This document shows, one piece after another, positions 54,227 to 62,897 of a DNA stretch of 64,000 bases. The stretch spans positions 1,103-65,102 of the forward strand of contig CAZSNT010000035.1 of assembly GCA_964607765.1 (NCBI GenBank), read 5' to 3'. A program made the translations under genes and the position numbers. A model generated the notes under the pieces. It was not told where the DNA came from and ran no database searches. It saw nothing but the letters and a program-made list of their open reading frames with translations. The stretch is from an uncultured Victivallales bacterium (GTDB taxonomy: Bacteria > Verrucomicrobiota > Lentisphaeria > Oligosphaerales > JABHEG01). Position 1 is the stretch's first letter. Every line of letters starts with the position of its first letter.

Positions 54227-56533
54227 GTGAAGAACATCGCGTCGGTACTGATGGTGGCGGCATGTGCCCAGATCTGCCGAGGGGCGGAAGTGGAGGTGAG
54301 CGATGCGGCGGGACTGGTGCGTGCCGTCGGCCACGCCCAGCCGGGGGATCACATTGTCCTGGCAGACGGCGAGTATCGCGATGTTGTGCTGGATGTCGTG
54401 AAGCCCGGGGCCGCCGAGGCCCCGATCACGATCGCCGCGGCGAACGCAGGCAAGGCTGTCGTTGTCGGGAAGACGAGATTACGGTTTGCCTACGGAGCGG
54501 ATCACTGGATCGTCAAAGGAATCTCATTTGGCAGAACGGCGGGCGGCGAGAAAAAGACCGCGGCGCTGGAGCTCTCTTCCAGCCATGTCCGTATCTCCGA
54601 GTGTTCGTTCTTTTCAGATGGTGTGAGTCGTGGGGAAACGCTGGTCTTTCTGGAGATTCTCGGCGGGGGCATGAAAGCGCCCAGGTACATCCGGGTTGAC
54701 CATTGCAGTTTTGTCTACACGGGCGCCCCCCCCAGCGTGAAAAGGGGCGTGCAACTCATTCGGATCGAGACCCGGGAGAAGTTCCCCTATGATTTCGAGT
54801 TCACGTTGGACAAGTTCGAAGACCCCGAGGTCCTGGCGAACTTGAGAACGCCCTGCTATATCCGCTTCGATCACAATTACATCGCCCAGGCGCCTCATAG
54901 TGGCGTTACCGACATACGTCATCGCAATGACCCGGCGGACATCGAGTTCGGTCTGATTGCCAAGATCCTCGAGGTCCCCCTTGAGACGTTCCCGGCGGAC
55001 ATGAGAGGCCCGTTCTTCACCAGCGGGGCGTTGCTCTTTGACTCGAACCTATTTGAGGGCGGGTCCATCTATGAGCACTCCACCGAAAATGTCTATCTGA
55101 ACAACACCTTTCTTAACCGTCCCGGCAGGATTGGCATGGCGACGCACTTCATGCACAATTTCTGGGTGGGCGCAGAGCGGCGGAACTCGGGATTGGTCGC
55201 CTCTGGAGAAGGGGCGTATGTCGGGAACTACTTCCAGATCGGGGGGAGCCCGGAGAGTCCTGCCGGCGGGATGCGCCTTCTAGCCGGTTCGGAAGCGGAC
55301 CCGGAGAACTTCCGCCAAGTCGACCATCACGGCGGGGCGCATCATCTCCACGACGGGGTTGTGGCAAACAACGTCTTTGATGTCATTGGCGAGGTGGAGT
55401 CGATCTTCCCTTCGGATCCCATTCGCCGCAGGCCGCTCAATTCCATACGGGCGAACAAGCTGGACGACAACTACCGCAATCCGGAACTGTATACCATGCC
55501 GACACGAAACCACATCTCGGGGAACCTCGTGTACAAGAACGGCGATGTAGGGCAGGTCAGTCTCTTCGGGAGAGCCTACAAGCAGCTTTTTGCCCGGAAC
55601 ACCTGGACCAACAACTTCTGTAACGAGGTCGCGTCGGGGAGCCTGAACGAGCAAAAGGCCCGTGCCTGGGACGAAACGGACTATGGAGAAGAGCGCGTCT
55701 CAGACCGTTTCGACCTAGCCCTGGCGGGCTTCAAGAAGATCGACAGTGGGGCCCTTGAGCGCGATGAGCACGGACTGCTGAAGTTCGAGAAACTGCCGGT
55801 GGCCGCGCCGGTGCCGAACCATGTCGGTTTCCCGGTCGACATGAAGGCCTATGCGAACAAGCAGGTGAAACTGCTGCCCCCCGGAGAGCGTCCGTACGGG
55901 GCCCGGGACTTCGACCTGGGCGACCTGGGAGATACGCTTCCGCTTTCCCGTCCACTGGGGAGGAAAGACGTCGGGCCGAAGTGGCAGGATTGCGGTGCTT
56001 TGCTGGGTCAGGCCGGAACTGTCGCAGCCACGGGCTCCGAGAGAAGAGGCCGGCGGCGGAAGAAGTCCCTCAGAGGCATTCCCAGTCCCTGCGAAAAAGC
56101 TCCCATCTCCGATCAATACCTGGTGAAGTGGTTCAGCGGGGATCTCGATGCCGCTGAGTACTTCACGCATGCCAATCTCCGCTGGCAGGTCGGTCGTGGC
56201 CCTCTGGATATGAAGAACGCCGGGATTGAGGGGATCATTGTCCACTCGGTGATCTACAGGAGATTCCAGGACGCGAAGACGGAAGAAGAGAAACTGAGGT
56301 CGGCGCGGAAGCTCTTCGAGTTCAGGATGAGCCGCACCGATCTCATCAAGCTCGTGTACGACGAGTTGAGCGAAGAGGATCAACAGAAGATCATCAGGCA
56401 TTTCTGCAGCATGATCGAAGCCTATCTTGCCGGAGAAGCGGTAGAAGGGCATCCCTTCCTTGCTCCGTACAGGGCCGGCAATGCCTCTGAGCCCTCCCGC
56501 AGCGCCCCGTCCGCGAGGAGACAACGACAATGA
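54227..56533 (+). CDS. PL6-like right-handed beta-helix protein (chondroitinase B / alginate lyase family N-terminal region) with an unassigned ~200-aa C-terminal region
   Basis: GTG start with GGAGAG upstream. Signal peptide 'MKNIASVLMVAACAQICRGA'. 'VEVSDAAGLVRAVGHAQPGDHIVLADGEYRDVVLDVVKPGAAEAPITIAAANAGKAVVVG' matches the PL6 N-terminal pattern. The C-terminal ~200 aa match nothing I recognise. Confidence 0.55.
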   Translation: MKNIASVLMVAACAQICRGAEVEVSDAAGLVRAVGHAQPGDHIVLADGEYRDVVLDVVKPGAAEAPITIAAANAGKAVVVGKTRLRFAYGADHWIVKGISFGRTAGGEKKTAALELSSSHVRISECSFFSDGVSRGETLVFLEILGGGMKAPRYIRVDHCSFVYTGAPPSVKRGVQLIRIETREKFPYDFEFTLDKFEDPEVLANLRTPCYIRFDHNYIAQAPHSGVTDIRHRNDPADIEFGLIAKILEVPLETFPADMRGPFFTSGALLFDSNLFEGGSIYEHSTENVYLNNTFLNRPGRIGMATHFMHNFWVGAERRNSGLVASGEGAYVGNYFQIGGSPESPAGGMRLLAGSEADPENFRQVDHHGGAHHLHDGVVANNVFDVIGEVESIFPSDPIRRRPLNSIRANKLDDNYRNPELYTMPTRNHISGNLVYKNGDVGQVSLFGRAYKQLFARNTWTNNFCNEVASGSLNEQKARAWDETDYGEERVSDRFDLALAGFKKIDSGALERDEHGLLKFEKLPVAAPVPNHVGFPVDMKAYANKQVKLLPPGERPYGARDFDLGDLGDTLPLSRPLGRKDVGPKWQDCGALLGQAGTVAATGSERRGRRRKKSLRGIPSPCEKAPISDQYLVKWFSGDLDAAEYFTHANLRWQVGRGPLDMKNAGIEGIIVHSVIYRRFQDAKTEEEKLRSARKLFEFRMSRTDLIKLVYDELSEEDQQKIIRHFCSMIEAYLAGEAVEGHPFLAPYRAGNASEPSRSAPSARRQRQ

Positions 56534-59500
56534 GCCCCCGCCCTCCGACTCAAGCCAATTGTACTAAAGCCCTCTCGTGTTTCAGTGGGAGTCTTATCAT
56601 GTGTGTCTGCACCGCTCTGGCAGTTGGCCCGGCTCCGTTTGAGGTCCGCGCGCCGGATTTCCAGACTTACGACTTCGGCGAAACCGTGCCTGCGGAGTTC
56701 GCAGTGGACGGCAAAGTGACTCTCGCCATCGACCGCGCCGTTTTTAAGGGGCAAGGGGGGAGCCTCAAGTGGTCTTGGGCAGAGCCAGGCGCCGCGCTGA
56801 CCTTCCGGCATCCGGACGCGTTCAAGCGCCTGACCGGCCGCGCCCCCGACCCGATCGTCTACGAATGGATCACGTTCACCAGGCTCAGCACATTCTCGCT
56901 CTGGGTCTACAACGACGCCCCGATCGAGGATGTGCTCTGGTTCGAGATCGGCGACGGGGCCCGCGTCGACTGCCGGTTTTGGATGTCCCTGAACTTCGCC
57001 GGCTGGCGCCCGCTCAAGGCGATGTATGGCCGCGACATCGAGCCACTCGGCGGGTTCCCCAACCAGGACAACGCCGACACCCTCCGCATCCTCGCGCCCA
57101 AGTCTGCGGTGCAGGGCACGCTGCGATTCGACCTGTTCTGCCCGCGCAGCGAGCAGGACGTGCGTTTCGTGCGCGCCACGGACGAGGCCCCGTGGGTGCG
57201 TCCCCGTGATCGGGACGGGGCGTTCATCGATCCCGGCCAATACGTCAAAGGCCGCCACCACGACGGCCTCCCGAATCAAGCGCCCACGCTTGAGTTGGAC
57301 CTGCCGGAGACACTGTCCGCAGAGCAGACCGCCGTGATCCGGCGCCTGCGCAGCACCTACCTGGCCCGGGCCGCGGCAGCGCCGAAACCCCGCGAGGTGA
57401 CCGAGAAGACCGTGGCCGCCCTGCGCGCCAAGCACGCCGAGCACGGGTTCGTGCGCAGCCCCGACGGTACGGTGAGCGGCTCGGTCGGGCATCCCGGGCG
57501 GTTCTGGCGCGCAGCAAACGGCTTGACGGGTGTCTGGCACCAGGCCGCCGGGCAACCGGACGTTCAGGCTGAGCTGTGGAAGCTCTACCAGGATTACGTG
57601 GACTTGTGCATCCAGCAGGGCCACGGCGCCGGCTATGGTCTGCGCACGGCGTTCGTACGCCCGGTCCGACTCATGCGCGACGAGCTCGCCGCACACGGCC
57701 GCTGGCGACCGCTCCTCGACCGCCTCCGCGCAATCAACGGAATCGACGACCTCTACAACACGCGCACCCAAGCCAATGCCGACGTCTACAACACCATGCT
57801 CGCCGGGCGATTGAGTGTGGTTCTCCTCGAGTCCGACGACCGGGTTGTCCATCGCGACCTGCTCGCCCTGCGGCACTGGCTCGAACGCACGGCGCGCTAC
57901 GGCGAGATCAAGCCCGACGGCTCGCTCTTCCACCACCGCCAGACCTACAGCGGCTACAACCTCCCCGCGATCAGCCCCTGGGTCGACGCACTCCACGTCC
58001 TGCGCGACACCGAGTACTTCCCGCCGACCAGCCACCTCTATGCATATCGCACCGTCTACGCCATGCACTGGTACAGCTGCATCACCGACATGCCGCACAC
58101 CCTCAGTGGCCGCTGGCGCAACAGCGGCAGGTTCCATTGGGGCCTGGCGCAGAACTGCCGGAAACTCGCGGAGATTGCAGAATGCAGATTGCAGATTGCA
58201 GAATGCAGATTGCCGGATGGGGGGCGCGGCCTTCCGCCAGGCGACGGCGTGCCGGATCACGGATTACGCTGCTCCTCAGTCGGCCCGTCCATGGGTCTGT
58301 CCTCCCGCCCACATTCCGCATTCTGCACTCTACATTCTGAATTCTGCATTCAACATTCTGCATTCAACCAGATGGCGGCGATCTACCTCTACTATGCGCG
58401 CCATTTCGGTAAACAAGACGAGTGGACGAGGCGCTTCTCGGAGCTGGGCGTCGAGCCGGCCGACACCAACGGGCATCTGGCGCTGAACTACACCGTCGCG
58501 GCGATCCACCGGCGCGACGACTGGATGGTCTTCTTCCGCGGCCAGCGTCATCCGTTCTTCTCCACCGACATGTACCCGTTCCAGGCAGGCAACACCATCG
58601 GCCGATACATCAACTTCGGCCATATGGCGATCTACTCCGCGGGCGAGCCCACGAGCACGGTCGGCAGCGGCTGGGGCCCGCCCAAAAATGCGCTGGGCGG
58701 CTTCAATCCGAACTTCTGGCCGGGCACAACCGCGCGGGAGATCCCGCTGGATGCACTGCGCTCGCCGTTCTCCGTCGAAGAAGCCATGACCGCCGAGACC
58801 TTCGCCGTCGGCACGCACCTCGACGGCAACGGCGTATTCGGCCTCAAACTGCAGGAAGACGAAGTGCACGAGATCGACCCGAGGCGCATTGGCCCGGTCA
58901 AGTACTGGCTGGGCGAAGCCGAATACCAGCGCCGTATCAAGGCGGCCATGATCGACACCAGCTTCCGAGCGCGCAAGTCCGTGTTCTGCTTCGACAACCG
59001 CATCGTCTGTCTCGGCAGCGGGATCCGGGCCGACGACCCTGACCACCGCGTGGCGACCACCTTGTTCCAGCACCATCTGTCGGAGGATCGGAAAGGTGGG
59101 TTTCAGGTGTCAGGTGTCAGGTTTCCGGAAGGAGGTCAGGCAGCGTTTCCCTTGGAGACGCGGCTGGCCGGGGCGGAGGGCAGCTGGCTGATCGACAGCA
59201 TCGGCAACGGCTACGTACTCCCCGCCGGGCACGCGCCTCTCGAGATCGTGCGCAAACACCAGAAGCTCCCCTACCACACGCACCGGAACGACCGCCAACC
59301 CGAGTTGAACCAGGAAATCGACCCGAACGAAGGCGACACCGAGCTTGCGCTGCTCGACCACGGCCCCGCCCCCGACGGCGCCAGCTACCACTACACCGTC
59401 CTCATCCGCACGACGCCCGACGAGTGCGCGGAGCTCGCGGCAGACCTGCGAGCCGCGCAACAAGCGCCATATGCCGTGCTCCACCAGAGCGACGGCGCGC

Positions 59501-59958
59501 ACATCGTTCACCATCACGCGAGCAACAGCACCGGCTATGTTCTCTTCGAAGCCACCGCTCCGCAAGTGTCGGGCGCCACACCTCAATCTGCAATCCCCCC
59601 TCCTCAATCTGCAATCCACAATCTGCAATCTGCAATCTGCAATCTACAATCTGCAATCCTCCACGTTTCCAAGCCCTGCGTGGCGATGGTGCGCCGCGTC
59701 GATGCCAAGCGCATCCGTCTGAGTGTCTGCGACCCTGAGCTCGGCCCTGCCCCTGACGACGCCGAGCCCTTGGCCGACCCGCATGCTGACACCACCCTGA
59801 CGGTGACCCTCGCGGGCAACTGGAGGCTCGGCGTGCGCAATCCGCAAGTTGCGGAGACCGCGACCGAGCGCGGCCGGACGAGCCTGACGTTCCGCTGTCG
59901 TCACTTGCGCCCGATCGTCGTCGAGCTTGTCACGGCCGGGCAGGAGGAGGCGCCATGA
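56530..59958 (+). CDS. Chondroitinase-ABC-like lyase (PL8-type), paralog P5, carrying two repeat-element insertions
   Basis: Motifs 'GSLKWSWAEPG', 'FSLWVYNDAP', 'LNFAGWR', 'DGSLFHHRQTYSGY', 'FWPGTT', 'ARKSVFCFDNRIVCLGSGI' and 'LDHGPAPDGASYHYTVLI'. ATGA overlaps at both ends. The signal peptide is weak or uncertain. Confidence 0.75.
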   Translation: MSPRPPTQANCTKALSCFSGSLIMCVCTALAVGPAPFEVRAPDFQTYDFGETVPAEFAVDGKVTLAIDRAVFKGQGGSLKWSWAEPGAALTFRHPDAFKRLTGRAPDPIVYEWITFTRLSTFSLWVYNDAPIEDVLWFEIGDGARVDCRFWMSLNFAGWRPLKAMYGRDIEPLGGFPNQDNADTLRILAPKSAVQGTLRFDLFCPRSEQDVRFVRATDEAPWVRPRDRDGAFIDPGQYVKGRHHDGLPNQAPTLELDLPETLSAEQTAVIRRLRSTYLARAAAAPKPREVTEKTVAALRAKHAEHGFVRSPDGTVSGSVGHPGRFWRAANGLTGVWHQAAGQPDVQAELWKLYQDYVDLCIQQGHGAGYGLRTAFVRPVRLMRDELAAHGRWRPLLDRLRAINGIDDLYNTRTQANADVYNTMLAGRLSVVLLESDDRVVHRDLLALRHWLERTARYGEIKPDGSLFHHRQTYSGYNLPAISPWVDALHVLRDTEYFPPTSHLYAYRTVYAMHWYSCITDMPHTLSGRWRNSGRFHWGLAQNCRKLAEIAECRLQIAECRLPDGGRGLPPGDGVPDHGLRCSSVGPSMGLSSRPHSAFCTLHSEFCIQHSAFNQMAAIYLYYARHFGKQDEWTRRFSELGVEPADTNGHLALNYTVAAIHRRDDWMVFFRGQRHPFFSTDMYPFQAGNTIGRYINFGHMAIYSAGEPTSTVGSGWGPPKNALGGFNPNFWPGTTAREIPLDALRSPFSVEEAMTAETFAVGTHLDGNGVFGLKLQEDEVHEIDPRRIGPVKYWLGEAEYQRRIKAAMIDTSFRARKSVFCFDNRIVCLGSGIRADDPDHRVATTLFQHHLSEDRKGGFQVSGVRFPEGGQAAFPLETRLAGAEGSWLIDSIGNGYVLPAGHAPLEIVRKHQKLPYHTHRNDRQPELNQEIDPNEGDTELALLDHGPAPDGASYHYTVLIRTTPDECAELAADLRAAQQAPYAVLHQSDGAHIVHHHASNSTGYVLFEATAPQVSGATPQSAIPPPQSAIHNLQSAICNLQSAILHVSKPCVAMVRRVDAKRIRLSVCDPELGPAPDDAEPLADPHADTTLTVTLAGNWRLGVRNPQVAETATERGRTSLTFRCRHLRPIVVELVTAGQEEAP
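58173..58366. repeat. Two heptamer arrays in inverted orientation flanking a 96-nt GC-rich spacer, in frame inside P5 (MITE-like or hairpin element)
   Basis: The left array (58173-58214) has 6 units of 'agattgc/agaatgc'. The right array (58311-58366) has 8 units 'acattcc gcattct gcactct acattct gaattct gcattca acattct gcattca'. The reverse complement of gcattct is agaatgc. Translated, it gives a ~65-aa segment absent from the other paralogs. Confidence 0.8.
59583..59659 (+). repeat. Heptanucleotide tandem array (GCAATCT-type, 11 unit positions) inside the P5 coding sequence
   Basis: The units are 'tcaatct gcaatcc (cccctcc) tcaatct gcaatcc acaatct gcaatct gcaatct gcaatct acaatct gcaatcc', translated 'QSAIPPPQSAIHNLQSAICNLQSAI'. 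Confidence 0.9.
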
Positions 59959-62882
59959 GGACGGCAGTCTTACTTGCGCTCACGATTCTGCTTGGCGCCT
60001 CGTGCACGACTGTCCGCCAGCGCGTCGAGGTCCGTGGGCAGTACCCTCAACGCGCGGCAGCCAATGCGGCGCTGCTCGCCGGCGACCTGCCGCGGACGGC
60101 GACGCACGACCTGAGCGACGAGGACGCGCGACGCTTCGAGGGCAACGGGCCCGCCTACTCGGAACGACACTTCCGCAGCGGGACCAAGTCGCTCCGCTGG
60201 GCTTGGAACCAGCCGGATTCGCGGCTCGTCTGGCACGTCCCCGTGCCCTACCGTCCCAAGGGACGAGATCCCGGGGCGGCCTTCGCCCAGGTCTCCGTCT
60301 TCCGCCTCTGGGTCTACAACGAGGTCGCACAACCGAGCGGCACGCTGCGGGTGAGCTTTGGTAACCGCGCCAAAGGCAGGGAAGACTGCTCGTTTCCCTA
60401 CGGCCTGAACTTCACCGGCTGGCGGCTCATCGCCTATAAGTTCGACCAGATGGACGGCAACCCCCAAGGCGACACGAACGCGGTCACGCTCACCACCAAC
60501 CTGGCCAGCGGCATCCTCTTCTTCGACGACCTGACGCCCGCAAACCGCGAAGACGCCCGCTGGCAGTGGCCCGACTACCAGACGACGGCCCTCCTCGGCA
60601 AGGGGCGCGTCCCGACCGCGCTCCACATCAACTCGCCGGAGATGCAGGCGCTCCGCCGGCAGCCGATGACCGCTGACCAGGCGCGCGATGTCCGCATGCT
60701 CAAGCAGACTGTTCTCGACAGCCTGGCGCTGCCTGCGTATTCGCCCGGAAAGGCGGCAGCTGCCGAGGCGTTCTTCGCCAGCTACTGCATCGTGCGCGAC
60801 GGCCTGTCCATTCGCGGCAAGGCCCTCGAAATCCACGCCATCAGACCCTTTCTCACGGGCTACTACAGCCTCGCCGTGCTCTGCCGAACGGCCCCGCCCG
60901 ACCAGCAACCGCGCCTCCTGGAGACCTTCCTCGACGCCTCCGAGTTTCTCCTCGACCAGGGGGTGGCCGAGGGCAGTGCGCTCAATGCCCTCCACCACTT
61001 CGGCTACAAGTCGCGAAAGTGGGCGCCGGCCATGCTGCTGATGGAGAACGAGCTGCGCCAGGCAGGCCTGCTCGACCGGCTGACCATGGCGCTGATCTGG
61101 TGCGGACGCGACTTCACCGATTTCACCGCCCCTTACGACCGCTTGCCGCGGGACACGAAGCAGGCGTTGGCCGCTCGTCTCGCCGACTACCTCAACACCT
61201 TCGCTAACACCCACCTCTGCTCCCTGCTGCTGCTCCCCGACAGCCAGGCAAAATCCCGCTGCCTACGCCAGTACGCCGACTTGCTCAACCACCTGCTGCT
61301 CCTCCCCAACGCCTCGATCAAGCCCGACGGCTCCTTCTATCACCACCACATGCACTACGCCGGCTATGCGATCCCCGCACTCATGAGCTTCTCCGGCGTG
61401 GCGGCCACGCTCGACGGCTCTGCCTTCGAGATCTCGCCGGCGGCCTATGCGCGGCTCAGAAACGCCCTTTGGATGGCCTACATCTGGGGCTATCCCGGCT
61501 TTGCCTTCAATGCCTTTGGCCGGCACCCGCTTGGCGGCAGCGCGTTGCGCCTCCGGCACGCTCTCAAAGCGGCGGCTCGTTCCGTCCCCGGCAGCGACGC
61601 GGTCGATCCGGACCTGGCCAACGTGCTGGCGGTCATGACGGGCGAGGGCGTCGCCAGGCCACAGGGCTACTGGAGCATGAACTACCACGCCAGCGGCATC
61701 CTCAGACACGGCGACTATTCAGTCGTCGCCAAAGGCTTCCACGACCACGGCGTGCGATCTCACGAGACCTATGGCCGCGACAACCGCTACGGTCGCTACG
61801 GCAGTCACGGCAGCGTTACGGTCTTTCGCGAGGGCGCGCCCAACCACTCCGGCTACCAGCACGACGGCTGGGACTGGTCGCTCGTCCCCGGCGCCACCAC
61901 CCTCCGGCTGCCCTTCGACGTGCTCGAAGGCGGCGCCTCCTTCTACGGCTGGCGCCCCCCTCAGCAAGTCCCCTTCGCCGGCAGCTCCCATCTCGACCAC
62001 GAAGTCGGCGTCTTCGCCTTCCAAGTCGACGGAACCAGCCACGAACAGTCGCTCCAAGCGCGCAAATCCGTCTTTGCCGCCCGCGGCCTCCTCGTCTGTC
62101 TCGGCAGCAACATCCGCAACACGTCGGCCCGCTACCCCACCGTCACCGCCCTCGTCCAAAACGGCCTGAAGGGCGCATTGCGGCACCCACAGGTAGGTCG
62201 GACTTCCAAGTCCGACCCAGCCGACGCGCAGGGGGTCGGACTTGGAAGTCCAACCTACTCCCAGTGGACCATCGACGTCACCGGCGTCGGCTACCGGGTC
62301 GCGCCCGGCAACAGCCCACTCAAGACCGCGACGAACGACCAGGCATCCCGCCACAACAAGACCAAGGAGCCGACGCAAGGGCGTTTCTTCACCGCCTGGC
62401 TCGACCACGGCGCCGCCCCGCAAGACGCCGCCTACGAATACGCCATGCTCCTCGACGCAACCCCTGAGCGACTCGCCGCGGACCTGCCCTACGAAGTTCT
62501 CCACAAGACCCGCACCTGCCACGCCGTGCGCTTTCCGCAACGCCGGACCGACGCCTACGCCTTCTTCGCCGAACCCGCGAACTCCGCAGCCCAGCTGCCT
62601 GCCGCGCCGACCTACATCGCCGTCGATGCACCGGGTCTGGTCATCCTCAAGCGTACCGACTCCGGGGTGGTACTGAGCGTCTGCGACCCGGTCCCGCCGA
62701 TCAAGCGCCCCTTCGACGAGCCGGCTGCGCCCACGCGCTTCCGCGTCCAGCTCCGCGACCATTTCGGCCTCGCCCACGCCAGCCGCCCGACCCGGATCCT
62801 CTCCTCCTCCGCCGACGCGACCGTTCTCGAGGTCGAAGTCTGCGACGGCTTCCCCACCCGTGTCGAACTCAACACCCCGTAG
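59955..62882 (+). CDS. Chondroitinase-ABC-like lyase (PL8-type), paralog P6, secreted, possibly a lipoprotein
   Basis: AGGAGGAGG lies upstream and the start overlaps the previous stop (ATGA). 'MRTAVLLALTILLGASC' looks like a signal peptide followed by Cys. Motifs 'KSLRWAWNQPD', 'FRLWVYNEVA', 'LNFTGWR', 'GSALNALHHFGYKSR', 'DGSFYHHHMHYAGY', 'FGRHPLGGS', 'NRYGRYGSHG', 'HDGWDWSLVPGATT', 'ARKSVFAARGLLVCLGSNI' and 'LDHGAAPQDAAYEYAMLLDATPE'. This is the closest of the six to chondroitinase ABC I. Confidence 0.85.
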   Translation: MRTAVLLALTILLGASCTTVRQRVEVRGQYPQRAAANAALLAGDLPRTATHDLSDEDARRFEGNGPAYSERHFRSGTKSLRWAWNQPDSRLVWHVPVPYRPKGRDPGAAFAQVSVFRLWVYNEVAQPSGTLRVSFGNRAKGREDCSFPYGLNFTGWRLIAYKFDQMDGNPQGDTNAVTLTTNLASGILFFDDLTPANREDARWQWPDYQTTALLGKGRVPTALHINSPEMQALRRQPMTADQARDVRMLKQTVLDSLALPAYSPGKAAAAEAFFASYCIVRDGLSIRGKALEIHAIRPFLTGYYSLAVLCRTAPPDQQPRLLETFLDASEFLLDQGVAEGSALNALHHFGYKSRKWAPAMLLMENELRQAGLLDRLTMALIWCGRDFTDFTAPYDRLPRDTKQALAARLADYLNTFANTHLCSLLLLPDSQAKSRCLRQYADLLNHLLLLPNASIKPDGSFYHHHMHYAGYAIPALMSFSGVAATLDGSAFEISPAAYARLRNALWMAYIWGYPGFAFNAFGRHPLGGSALRLRHALKAAARSVPGSDAVDPDLANVLAVMTGEGVARPQGYWSMNYHASGILRHGDYSVVAKGFHDHGVRSHETYGRDNRYGRYGSHGSVTVFREGAPNHSGYQHDGWDWSLVPGATTLRLPFDVLEGGASFYGWRPPQQVPFAGSSHLDHEVGVFAFQVDGTSHEQSLQARKSVFAARGLLVCLGSNIRNTSARYPTVTALVQNGLKGALRHPQVGRTSKSDPADAQGVGLGSPTYSQWTIDVTGVGYRVAPGNSPLKTATNDQASRHNKTKEPTQGRFFTAWLDHGAAPQDAAYEYAMLLDATPERLAADLPYEVLHKTRTCHAVRFPQRRTDAYAFFAEPANSAAQLPAAPTYIAVDAPGLVILKRTDSGVVLSVCDPVPPIKRPFDEPAAPTRFRVQLRDHFGLAHASRPTRILSSSADATVLEVEVCDGFPTRVELNTP
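62193..62258. repeat. 66-nt REP-like palindromic element inserted in frame in P6
   Basis: 'gtaggtcggacttccaagtccgaccc' is followed by 14 nt and then 'gggtcggacttggaagtccaacctac'. 25 of 26 positions are complementary. Each arm also contains the sub-palindrome tcggactt/aagtccga. Translated 'VGRTSKSDPADAQGVGLGSPTY'. Confidence 0.85.
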
Positions 62883-62897
62883 ACAAGGAGCCAGCGC

